DNA from: Saccharolobus solfataricus P2
Lineage (GTDB): Archaea; Thermoproteota; Thermoprotei_A; Sulfolobales; Sulfolobaceae
NCBI RefSeq assembly: GCF_000007005.1
Contig: NC_002754.1
Strand: one strand, 5' to 3'
Length of the DNA: 64,000 bases
A model generated the notes under the pieces. That model did not search any database. It had not been told where the DNA came from and saw nothing but the letters and a program-made list of their open reading frames with translations. The translations under genes and the position numbers were made by a program. Shown piece by piece: positions 10,253 to 19,510 of the stretch (its first letter is position 1; every line of letters starts with the position of its first letter).

Positions 10253-13135
10253 TTAAAACTTTGGTCTGGACCTTCTTATCGTTAAGAACAATATTGCTAT
10301 GATTATAATTGCTATTAGTATTATGACACTCCCTACAAAACTCCCATTTATGTTCTTTACGAAAGTTTCAGTTATTGGTTGATTTACGGTTATTGCTACA
10401 CCATTACTAACGTTATAGGAGCCCTCCCACTTGCCTTGTTCATATATGGGCACGGATTGGGTTAACGTTATTACGCTTCCTCTTGGTAACCATTCTGAAT
10501 TTCCATCTATTGTTACTAAATATTCTATTATTGGTTTAACATTAATACTAGTTGGTTGGGTTATATTTATTAAATACGAAGAAGTATTATAGAATATTCT
10601 TTCATTATTGCTTATATTTACGTATTTAGGTATTAATAAAGTTTGCCCAGCTGGTACCCAAATTTCACTAGTATTTAGGGTCCTATTTGCTATTGTAATC
10701 AGTATTGGCTCATTCACAGTAACCAGATACTCCTTTAACGTCGTTACTTTCACAGTTAAGCTTCTATTTACTGTAAAGTTAAATGGTAATATGGATAATA
10801 TTATATATCTTGTATTGTTGGAGATATAATACGTCATGTTTATGAACGAAATAGGAGTTACCGCATTATACCATCCTGGACTAAAAGTAACTAAGGTTGA
10901 ATTGATTAAGGCTTTTATTGGTATGTTGGAAATTAAGTTTATATAGTATTGTAGGACATAGTGCAGTTTTAACGAGACTGGCCCATTAACTATTATAACA
11001 TTATTGGAAGTTGGCTTTCCATTTAGACTGATATTGACTAAGTTTTGTCTTTCAGTTTGATTAATATACCAAATTGTATATAATTCAATTTCAGTATCAT
11101 TATTATACCATCCGTTACTTAAGGTGGTGTTTTTACCGTTGAAGAGTACATAGACTGGGTAGTTACTACTAACGTTTAAGAAATATTGAGGTAGTGTAAT
11201 TATAGTTATATTAATTGGTTGGAGTAATGTAAAGTTTGAATATGGTAAAACTTTTTCCATGAGAAATCTTGCAGTACTATTTATATAGTATGTGATGTTC
11301 TCTATCTGTATTCTACTTCCAGCGTTGAACCAAGAGTATTTTTGTAACGTCTCGTTAGTACCATTGACTAGTGCGTAAACTGGTATCTTGGAATAGACAA
11401 TCAGAGGGTATTGCTTTACCGTTATGATTGATATTGTGATTGGATTTTCAACCGTAATGTTTCTGGAAGGTAAAATATTAGATATTACATACCTATATTC
11501 GTTATTTTGTCCATAATATGTTATGTTTTCTATATTAATATTCGTACCTATATTATACCAATTACTGGTTAATGTACTATTAGTTCCATTAATAAGTGCA
11601 TAAATGGGTATCTGTGATTTTACAATAATATAATATTGTATTAACTCATTTGCAGTTATTGTATAAGACATATTTACGAGGATTTTATTTGCGGGTAAGA
11701 TCTTAGTAATTACCGCTCTAGTTTCATTGCTTTGATAAAACGTTATATTATAAATTTGTATAACCGTGTTCTTATTGTACCACCCAGAGGAAATTGATGC
11801 GTTTGTCCCATTTATTGATCCGAAAAGTGGAATTAATGAGTTAACGTGCACGTAGTATTGTAAAATATAAGTTATTGTGAGGTTAGTGGGGGTAATTAAT
11901 GTAAATTCATTAGTTGGGTATGAAAATACCATTATTCTTGAATCATTGGGATAATATGTAAACGGGCTAATTACCACTTTTATAGAGGCGTTATACCATC
12001 CACTACTCAGAGTTGTATAAATTCCATTGATACTTGCGTTTACTGGAATGTTTATATTAATGAAATACTGAAGTTGATAATATACTGTTATGTTTCCACT
12101 CCTGTTTGCTAAAATTGGAGTAGAATTTAAGCTAACAATCCTGCTTAACCCGTTTAAGACAATAGATGGTAAACTTATATTAGAATTAGCATTCACGAAA
12201 ATCAAGGAAGGCAATCTTGCGATCTCTTTAAGACCGTCGGAAAAATATGAAACGTTTATAGGTATATTAAAGCTTCCTCCAATTACCTTATAATTTAAGA
12301 ATATTGGATATAAATTACCAGTTATAAAGTAATATCCATTTGAGGCTGTAAATGCTCCTATATAGGACAAATTATAGAAGGTGTAGTTATTTGAAACCGA
12401 ATATGCAATCTCGTCAGTCGCTATACCTTGTGGAGGGGAGGTTAAATATATTTCATTAATACCTAAAGTGAAGCTAGTTGTTAAATATTGTAATCTATAT
12501 ATAACTCCCAGTTCTCCTCCAAAATATGCCTTAAGATGATACCATTCTGTCATTAATCCAGTTATGAAACCATGTAAAAAGTTAAGATCCGTAACGATAC
12601 TGGATGCACCGTTAGCGTTAACAATTGCAATTGCTTTGGCACCAGTGCTATTATCATAAGCGGAAAGTATTATATTGCCATTTGATATTTCGATTTCTAG
12701 CATCATCTCATCCCCGCTATTCACAATTCCATTGAAGTTTAGCAGAACTGGTCCTATTACCGGATCCCCGCTACTATTCCAGACCATGTAGATCATATGA
12801 AATCCTGGGTCAAATGAACCATTTGTATAAGGCCAATTATAGGCTACACCAACTTGATACCACCAGTCATTATTGGTTATTGCATTTAACAAATACGCTG
12901 GACCGTAACCAGAATCACTAGTTTGTGCAATTACTTTTACATAAATTACTAAATTTGTACTAACTGGATATGCATTTAACGCCATGAATAGCTGCTCGTC
13001 GTAGAAAGTTATCCCTGGGTCATTAGAATTTAACGTGGATAATGGTAGTGGTTTAGTATTACTATGAGATACTGGGGTTAATGGAATAAGAGATATAATT
13101 AAAAGGATTGTTATAATAATTACTTTCCACTCCAT
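10253..13135 (-). CDS. Large membrane-anchored surface glycoprotein with N-terminal beta-sandwich domain and tandem repeats
   Basis: Signal peptide from MEWKVIIITILLII (ATG 13135 preferred), many N-x-S/T sequons, C-terminal TM followed by RRSRPKF. Confidence 0.85.
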   Translation of the reverse strand: MEWKVIIITILLIISLIPLTPVSHSNTKPLPLSTLNSNDPGITFYDEQLFMALNAYPVSTNLVIYVKVIAQTSDSGYGPAYLLNAITNNDWWYQVGVAYNWPYTNGSFDPGFHMIYMVWNSSGDPVIGPVLLNFNGIVNSGDEMMLEIEISNGNIILSAYDNSTGAKAIAIVNANGASSIVTDLNFLHGFITGLMTEWYHLKAYFGGELGVIYRLQYLTTSFTLGINEIYLTSPPQGIATDEIAYSVSNNYTFYNLSYIGAFTASNGYYFITGNLYPIFLNYKVIGGSFNIPINVSYFSDGLKEIARLPSLIFVNANSNISLPSIVLNGLSRIVSLNSTPILANRSGNITVYYQLQYFININIPVNASINGIYTTLSSGWYNASIKVVISPFTYYPNDSRIMVFSYPTNEFTLITPTNLTITYILQYYVHVNSLIPLFGSINGTNASISSGWYNKNTVIQIYNITFYQSNETRAVITKILPANKILVNMSYTITANELIQYYIIVKSQIPIYALINGTNSTLTSNWYNIGTNINIENITYYGQNNEYRYVISNILPSRNITVENPITISIITVKQYPLIVYSKIPVYALVNGTNETLQKYSWFNAGSRIQIENITYYINSTARFLMEKVLPYSNFTLLQPINITIITLPQYFLNVSSNYPVYVLFNGKNTTLSNGWYNNDTEIELYTIWYINQTERQNLVNISLNGKPTSNNVIIVNGPVSLKLHYVLQYYINLISNIPIKALINSTLVTFSPGWYNAVTPISFINMTYYISNNTRYIILSILPFNFTVNRSLTVKVTTLKEYLVTVNEPILITIANRTLNTSEIWVPAGQTLLIPKYVNISNNERIFYNTSSYLINITQPTSINVKPIIEYLVTIDGNSEWLPRGSVITLTQSVPIYEQGKWEGSYNVSNGVAITVNQPITETFVKNINGSFVGSVIILIAIIIIAILFLTIRRSRPKF
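10440..12085 (-). repeat. About 8 diverged protein repeats of roughly 75 aa
   Basis: Recurring QYY..V.S.IP.Y...NG.N.TL.S.WYN motif in the translation; boundaries approximate. Confidence 0.8.
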
Positions 13136-13284
13136 ATTTTTTGTCTTTATACAAAACCTTTTAAGCATTTTTCCAACTGAACTTTCTTCAGTAGTACTAT
13201 ATATTAAAATCATAATATTAGTCAATCATTTCCATTATCATAAGATATATATATTCCGCTTGAGAATAAAGAATGTGGTGTTGA

Positions 13285-13479
13285 ATGATTTCACCAATAA
13301 TATTTGTTAAGATTTCCTTCTTGGTTATAGCCTTAGTTATGGCGATCTTTGGGGTTACCTATGTTGGCTTGGCTTACTTTAATCTCTTTCCACGAGTTAG
13401 AAACGATTTATATATTATTGGTTCCACATTAGTTGCGATAGCTACAGCTTTTGTAATACTCACGATAATTTTACTCTGA
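13285..13479 (+). CDS. Small 2-TM membrane protein
   Basis: 64 aa, two hydrophobic helices. Confidence 0.65.
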   Translation: MISPIIFVKISFLVIALVMAIFGVTYVGLAYFNLFPRVRNDLYIIGSTLVAIATAFVILTIILL

Positions 13480-13533
13480 TGCTGAGAAGGGCTCGGCTTG
13501 ATCTGTGATGAACCCGAGCCATGCTAACTGAGT
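13474..13533 (+). ncRNA. Candidate C/D-box (K-loop) small RNA
   Basis: CTGATGC 13476-82 (degenerate C), TTGA 13498-501 (D'), GTGATGA 13505-11 (C'), CTGA 13528-31 (D); GGCTCGG/CCGAGCC stem. Confidence 0.55.
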
Positions 13534-13803
13534 TTAATAGAGTTACTTAATGTAATGCTTTTTTGGAGTCGTTGAATTTTGGGGCATTTTAGAGCCATTG
13601 TAAATCTGATTGTGATCCTGATAATAATTGAAATGCAAGATAATAGTAGTTTATGCTAAAAATATCCAATAGACCAACTAAGCATTAATGTAAGTAATAT
13701 TTATATCACAATCCCACTAACATATATTATGAGAAGAATTCTAAGATGGTATCTAATATACAGATTGCTCAGAGCTCTATGGAGGATAAGAAGGTGATAA
13801 GTT

Positions 13804-14178
13804 ATGATGAATGTGATAATGAGAGAAATAGGTAAAAAATTAGATGAACTGTCTAGAGAATTTTATGAATCAGTTATTCCGCCCATAGATATGTATGAAG
13901 AAGGGGGAGAGTTAGTAGTGGTAGCAGATCTAGCGGGTTTTAATAAAGATAAGATAAGTGTAAGGTTATCTGCACAGAACGAACTGATAATTAACGCTGA
14001 AAGGGAAATACAGTATATTGGTACTAAATACGCTACTCAGAGACCTCTTAAGATACATAAGGTAATTCGTTTACCGGTAAAGGTTAAGAGGGATTCTCAA
14101 GTTACAGCGAAATATGAAAATGGTGTATTGACTATAAGGATACCAGTGGAGGGTTCAGTCTCAATCAGAATAGAATAA
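13804..14178 (+). CDS. Small heat-shock protein (Hsp20/alpha-crystallin)
   Basis: PPIDMYE, ADLAGF, AKYENGVLTIRIP. Confidence 0.95.
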   Translation: MMNVIMREIGKKLDELSREFYESVIPPIDMYEEGGELVVVADLAGFNKDKISVRLSAQNELIINAEREIQYIGTKYATQRPLKIHKVIRLPVKVKRDSQVTAKYENGVLTIRIPVEGSVSIRIE

Positions 14179-14189
14179 TTTTTTTTAAG

Positions 14190-15680
14190 TTATGTATTTT
14201 TTCTTCCACTTAGTGATATTGAGAATGCTAGAATAACCATAAGGAGGGTAATGATAATATCTTTTGTTATAGCATAAAATATTATGGTTATAACCAATAT
14301 CATTTGAGGAATATAATTAGTTATTGCACTACCTTTCCTACTGCTTTGTATGTTTATCAGCTCTTGCTGTTGTGAATATGATAATAGAAAGCTCCTAAAT
14401 CTATTCCAAATTCCATTAACTAGTTCTCTTACTTGTTCTATAACAACTTTCGTTGTATACCCTTCTTCTTCTAAAAAAGTTATAGATGATTTGACAAAGT
14501 CAAAATCTTTATCTATTTCTCTACATGTCCCATCTAAAACGTTAACCATTCTAAAAGGCAGAACAAGTTTAGATGGCATTCTAAGTGGAAACTTAAAGAA
14601 TACTTGATCAGCCAGTTTCATAAAATCTTCCAGCTCTAATTCACTAACTTCTATTCCTTGCATTGCTTGCATGAAAAGCCTCAATCCCTTCGCTAATACC
14701 CTCCTATCCGCGAAAGGCTGTATTGCCCCTAACTCGTCTAGTACCCTTACTAGTGAATCTGCATCCATTCTAATCATTGCCACATATGCCCTAATCAATA
14801 GATTTCTAGTCTTTTCATCTATTTTTCCAGACATTCCAAAGTCGTAGAGTACCAAATTCCCTTGCTCGTCAACCGCTATATTACCAGGGTGAGGATCTGC
14901 ATGAAAATAGTCCTTATTAAGCAACATATACATGAACAATCTAAATACTCTATATGCCAATATTCTGTTATCAACTATCTTTTTTGCCTCTTCGCTTGTA
15001 ACTTTATACCCTTTAATATACTCCATCACTAAAACTCTTTTAGTAGCCTTTATTATTGAAGGTATTCTTAAGGACGGATAATCTGACAATTCCTCTTTGA
15101 TCTTATTTAAATAAAAGGCTTCCTTAGTATAATCCATTTCTTCAAATATTCTTCTGGAAAATTCTTCTAGGAATACTTTTATTATTTCGATGAATGATTC
15201 ATCAAATACAAATCTAAGGAGTGGCAACAATTTCTTTACTACTTGAATATCTTCATTTACAGTTTCCTTTATTCCAGGTCTATTTACCTTAATAGCAACG
15301 ATCTTTCCATTATATTCTCCTAGATAGACTTGACCTAAAGACGCTGAAGACAGTTCTTTTAAAATTTTTACACTATTGCCGAGTTCCTCATCGATAATTT
15401 TACTTACTTGGCTAAATGGAGCAGGTGGGACTTCATCTTGTAATCTGGCTAATTCTTTAATATACGTTTCCGGCATAATGTCAGGTCTAACTGAAAGAAT
15501 TTGTCCGAACTTGATGAATGTGGGACCTAGTTCAATTAGCGTGTCAACAAATTTCTTAGCCTCTTCTGCCATCTCTTTTTCATCGATTGGAATTTCCTTT
15601 AGGATTTTATTTCTAAACTCTCTATACGCTAGTACTCTAGGGGCCAATTTGAAAAACACTTCCAGTAATCTTCTAATCAC
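14190..15680 (-). CDS. ABC1/UbiB (AarF) atypical kinase
   Basis: LGPTFIKFGQILSVRPD, ASLGQVY, VAIKV, HADPHPGN, DFGM; C-terminal TM. Confidence 0.93.
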   Translation of the reverse strand: MIRRLLEVFFKLAPRVLAYREFRNKILKEIPIDEKEMAEEAKKFVDTLIELGPTFIKFGQILSVRPDIMPETYIKELARLQDEVPPAPFSQVSKIIDEELGNSVKILKELSSASLGQVYLGEYNGKIVAIKVNRPGIKETVNEDIQVVKKLLPLLRFVFDESFIEIIKVFLEEFSRRIFEEMDYTKEAFYLNKIKEELSDYPSLRIPSIIKATKRVLVMEYIKGYKVTSEEAKKIVDNRILAYRVFRLFMYMLLNKDYFHADPHPGNIAVDEQGNLVLYDFGMSGKIDEKTRNLLIRAYVAMIRMDADSLVRVLDELGAIQPFADRRVLAKGLRLFMQAMQGIEVSELELEDFMKLADQVFFKFPLRMPSKLVLPFRMVNVLDGTCREIDKDFDFVKSSITFLEEEGYTTKVVIEQVRELVNGIWNRFRSFLLSYSQQQELINIQSSRKGSAITNYIPQMILVITIIFYAITKDIIITLLMVILAFSISLSGRKNT

Positions 15681-15899
15681 AACTATAATATAGTAAAAAG
15701 GAAGTATTTGTACCTATTCTAAGTTGTTAGAGTGCAGTAATAAAGTTCTAAATAAATTTTTCTTAATAGTATTAAAGATTAGTTAGCTGTAAATAATGTA
15801 AGAATGTTGAACTTAGAGGGGCAGATAAAATCTTATTATCGTTCATTTTTACCGTCTATTTTAGGAAGAATTTAATAGTTTTGTTAGTTATAGATATAC

Positions 15900-17165
15900 A
15901 TGAAAATACTAATAATTGCCCCCTTAACTGAGGTATCGGAAGAAGAAAATGAGATCAGACCGATAGAAGTTACAAATTGGTCAAATTCACCAGTAGGAAT
16001 TAGCTCCAAGTATTCTTTTTTAGCCGAAAAGAAGTTCCTTGAAGAAGAAAGGCATGAGGTTAAAATTTTAACTCTAGTCCCGACCGAAATAAGAAAGAAT
16101 CTTAACGTTAAATTCAGTAACTATAATGAGCTAGTCAGTAATATTTTGGAGGCTCTAAAGTTCGGTAATGATAATATCGCAGTTGAGGTGATACCCTTTG
16201 AGGATTCAGTAAGTTTGGGTACTTCCCTATTCTTCTCTTATTTGAAAATTTATTATGCTATAAAGACTTTCTTACCTAGTTTAATAATTTTAGATGTATC
16301 ACACTCTAGTTCTTCCTTTTCCACATTAGTTTTAACAGCGTTAGATATAGCGATAACTGATTCACTTCTCACCCAACAAGTTGAAAATTATATTTACGCA
16401 AAAGTAAGTAAAAGGAACGATTCTATACAATTAATTAGTCATATGTTTAAGAATATGTATAGTATTAAATTATCTGAATATTTCTTAAGGGAGATGAAGA
16501 TAATGAAATCGGAAAACCAGGCTAATTTACCTCAGTTTGTAGGAAGGGCTGAATTTAGAAGGCTTGGTTTTTGTATAGAAAATTGTTACCCTCTAGTTGT
16601 TCTTCATGTTCTGGATGGAATGGACTTAGAGAAACTGGTTAGTGAGGAAAAGATTATGGAGATAGTTGTTAACAATTTAGAGATCAAGGATGGTAAATTA
16701 ATACAGAATGTCGAGTTATTAGAGGGCGCGACGTATTATGTCCTTGCTACACACTTGGTAAAGAGGTATAAGGTTAAAAAACCATTTAGTGTTGATAATG
16801 TGAGGAATATTCTAAATTTAACTTCCCCAACTTGCAGGCGAATTTCCAATCAGATCATAGACGAAATGATGATAGAGTTGAACTACCTCCTAAGACATTT
16901 AGGATTGAGAGAAGGTGAGTATAGCTTAGAGCAAATATCTAATTTATTAAAACAACCTTTAACTGAGATTATACGAAAAGAAGAGAGCATTGGTGATATA
17001 TTAAGTAGATATAAGCGTGAATGTGGAAGTATTAATTTAAGCGGAATTGGTTTAGACCCTGGTGCGACTATTATAAAGATAGATAGTGACAAGATTTACG
17101 TATATTACGCTGATGAATGTGAAGATAGTGTGTTAAGTAAAGTCAAAGATCAGATGGGCGATTAG
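15900..17165 (+). CDS. Orphan Csx1-like CARF protein with degenerate motifs
   Basis: Csx1-like layout: KILTLVP, IILDVSHS (cf. DLTHG), FCIENCYPL (cf. F..I..G.PL), C-terminal G.GL...TIIKI...KIYVYY with no R-x4-H. Confidence 0.6.
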   Translation: MKILIIAPLTEVSEEENEIRPIEVTNWSNSPVGISSKYSFLAEKKFLEEERHEVKILTLVPTEIRKNLNVKFSNYNELVSNILEALKFGNDNIAVEVIPFEDSVSLGTSLFFSYLKIYYAIKTFLPSLIILDVSHSSSSFSTLVLTALDIAITDSLLTQQVENYIYAKVSKRNDSIQLISHMFKNMYSIKLSEYFLREMKIMKSENQANLPQFVGRAEFRRLGFCIENCYPLVVLHVLDGMDLEKLVSEEKIMEIVVNNLEIKDGKLIQNVELLEGATYYVLATHLVKRYKVKKPFSVDNVRNILNLTSPTCRRISNQIIDEMMIELNYLLRHLGLREGEYSLEQISNLLKQPLTEIIRKEESIGDILSRYKRECGSINLSGIGLDPGATIIKIDSDKIYVYYADECEDSVLSKVKDQMGD

Positions 17166-17743
17166 CAGAAGTCCAATTTTACGCAAATTCTATCATTATC
17201 GCAACTTTCATCTAATTCGATTATTTGAAAGTTTTCCTTAAGAGTTTCCGTTATTATGCGAAGGAATTTAATTATATTTGGGTTAGTTGAGACATTGATC
17301 ATCTCAAATTTTGTTTTTCCGTCTGCAACTAGTTTTATGTTATCCCCTAGAATATACGCTAGTCCTCTAAGGACATTCTCTAAAATTGATCTCTCTTTAC
17401 AATTGCTTTCAAAACTCTCTAAAAGTAGTAAGCCTGTATCTTGCGCCTCATTAGTTATTATTGATAGCAACGAATTAGCTATTTCCTTGTAAATTTTTTC
17501 ATCGTGGATACTTGAGATAAGATTATAGAATAGATTAGATGCTATAAGGTATTTAATTCCAAGTACTGCATTTCTCGTACTAGGATTAGTTATATCAATA
17601 TCTTCCATTATGAGTTCAGATGCGCTCTGTATTATTTTGTCTGTGCAATTGTATGATTTCTTATTGTCTAGCTTTATACAAATCTCATCCAATTTCTCCC
17701 AAATATCACTTCTAATTCTCCAAGGTCGAGATTGTAAAGTCAT
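17162..17743 (-). CDS. Hypothetical protein with RHH-like N-terminus
   Basis: PWRIRSDIWEKLDEICIKL fits a strand-helix RHH pattern; alpha/beta C-terminus. Confidence 0.6.
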   Translation of the reverse strand: MTLQSRPWRIRSDIWEKLDEICIKLDNKKSYNCTDKIIQSASELIMEDIDITNPSTRNAVLGIKYLIASNLFYNLISSIHDEKIYKEIANSLLSIITNEAQDTGLLLLESFESNCKERSILENVLRGLAYILGDNIKLVADGKTKFEMINVSTNPNIIKFLRIITETLKENFQIIELDESCDNDRICVKLDFC

Positions 17744-17789
17744 GTGTTTAAATATGATATATAGAGTAATTATGGGTTTTGCATATCAG

Positions 17790-18863
17790 TTATGAGAATA
17801 TTCTCTTAGTCATTCTTATTTTAAAGTAAAAACGATTATTTTTTTCTATTTCTGGTTCATCTAAAACATGTCTTATAAAACTAGAGAGGTTTTCATCGAA
17901 ATCAGTTAAACCAGAAATAATAAATTCTTGATTATTTATCTTTATCAGCTTAATTCTAGGATCAATAAGAAGGGTAAAGATGTCAAGGTTCTTATTAATT
18001 ATTTCCTTATCTATCAGTCTATAATTAATGTATTCAATTCCTCTTATATAAGGGTATAAAATATGGCCTGTTTTTCTAAGTTCCAGGAATAAGGTGTAGA
18101 TATCATTTAATCTATCTAAAATATTATATAGGGGTAAATTATTTTTGAATAGAGTATCATATATTGTAAGCAGTTGATACATAGACCAATCGTTTATGAG
18201 TTTATCATATTTATCATTATTTTTGAGATTGTTATGAGTGAACTTGGTTATTATTTGGTTTCTCTTACTAATTACGCTACTTTCAACTCTTACTAAATGA
18301 TGGTTTCGGTTTCCAAAATCTATAAGAGATTGATATGGTGCGATTATCTCTATATTATCTTTAGAACTATTTATCTTTCCTATGCCTAATACCGTAACAA
18401 TATTTTCCAAAAAATTCTGGACATAATCTCTTAATTTTTTATTTATATTATTTAAACTGATTTTATAAATTAAAGTATTTCTATTCGTAACTACCAAGGG
18501 GGTATATGGAGATGGAATTAAATACTCCAGAAGATGTTTTAGATGTATTGGATTCATGAAGTTGAAGTACTTCTTAAATAGATATCCTATAATTTCATCA
18601 CCAGAATACACATCAACTTTATCCTCTATATATGAAGAATGTATAAACGAGAAATTCTCATGAATTAGAATATAGGGTATAAGAAAGCAGAGATCGATTC
18701 CCAATAAGGAGTCATCCTTTTCCATCATGTTCATCATAGTCATGAGAGCATTGGTGTAGAAGTCTTTCTCATCCTCTATTCCATACATCCTCATAATGAC
18801 CTCTGCTCTTTCTCTGAGACTTTCACTAATTGGCGTTAGTCTAATGTCGGCAGATCTTGGCAC
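17790..18863 (-). CDS. Hypothetical protein with RHH-like N-terminus
   Basis: ADIRLTPISESLRERAEVIMRMYG..EKDFYTNAL pattern; GTG start with CTTATAAAC box about 25 nt upstream. Confidence 0.65.
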   Translation of the reverse strand: MPRSADIRLTPISESLRERAEVIMRMYGIEDEKDFYTNALMTMMNMMEKDDSLLGIDLCFLIPYILIHENFSFIHSSYIEDKVDVYSGDEIIGYLFKKYFNFMNPIHLKHLLEYLIPSPYTPLVVTNRNTLIYKISLNNINKKLRDYVQNFLENIVTVLGIGKINSSKDNIEIIAPYQSLIDFGNRNHHLVRVESSVISKRNQIITKFTHNNLKNNDKYDKLINDWSMYQLLTIYDTLFKNNLPLYNILDRLNDIYTLFLELRKTGHILYPYIRGIEYINYRLIDKEIINKNLDIFTLLIDPRIKLIKINNQEFIISGLTDFDENLSSFIRHVLDEPEIEKNNRFYFKIRMTKRIFS

Positions 18864-18996
18864 TATATAAAGTAAGAATAGAGGTTTATAAGGTTTCTAA
18901 GACCTTTCATATAATATTACGATACACTCGAGGAAACGTTTAATCATTAGAGTAAAATAAGGCGTTCTGAATTATGCAGTTGTCAGCTGTCTTCGA

Positions 18997-19285
18997 TGAA
19001 CTACCCCACCCTCATGACGGGGCATCCTCACCTCATGATTCTCCGCTTCTTAGAACAATCTCGATCCCCATAGCGGAGGTTCCATCAAACCATTCTGCAA
19101 TGCCCCGTATGGAAGAGGGGTTATGGAGGGTTTGCTCTACATAGGCATTAAGGGGAGTCCCACGAACCCAGCACTTCCAGCCAAGGTCGGATTCATTTTA
19201 TCACCTTTTTGATAATAAACTTTTCCGGGGTTATCCATCTCCTATCTGACGGAAGGAGGACTTTCGCTCCCTCAACCACGATAAG
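18997..19285 (-). mobile_element. Non-autonomous IS200/IS605-derived element (SMN-like MITE), about 289 bp
   Basis: Minus strand: TTTAA (19286-90), left hairpin CTCCTTCCGTCAGATAGGAG, right hairpin GCCCCGTCATGAGGGTGGGG, then TAGTTCA end; no transposase. Confidence 0.75.
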
Positions 19286-19510
19286 TTAAACTGTGAAATT
19301 TGTAAACCTAATAATACGTGGATTGTATAGTATATGCATCGAATGCGGACACTTACCCATAAATAAAGTGGTACTAAAAATAAGTAGGTGATTTTTCAGC
19401 ACCAACGAGTAAGTGTTAATTGGTTTTTATTCATAGACGAAGAATGAACGGGTGTTCAGTAATAAATCTTATTATATAGGGTTGCCCGTAAAATCGATGA
19501 AACTTAAGTG

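Noticed and set aside
19292-19391. Two CxxC motifs (CEIC, CIEC) next to the MITE left end, suggesting a broken zinc-ribbon gene
   Set aside because: They are in different frames, and rejoining the empty site gives no convincing ORF; probably chance
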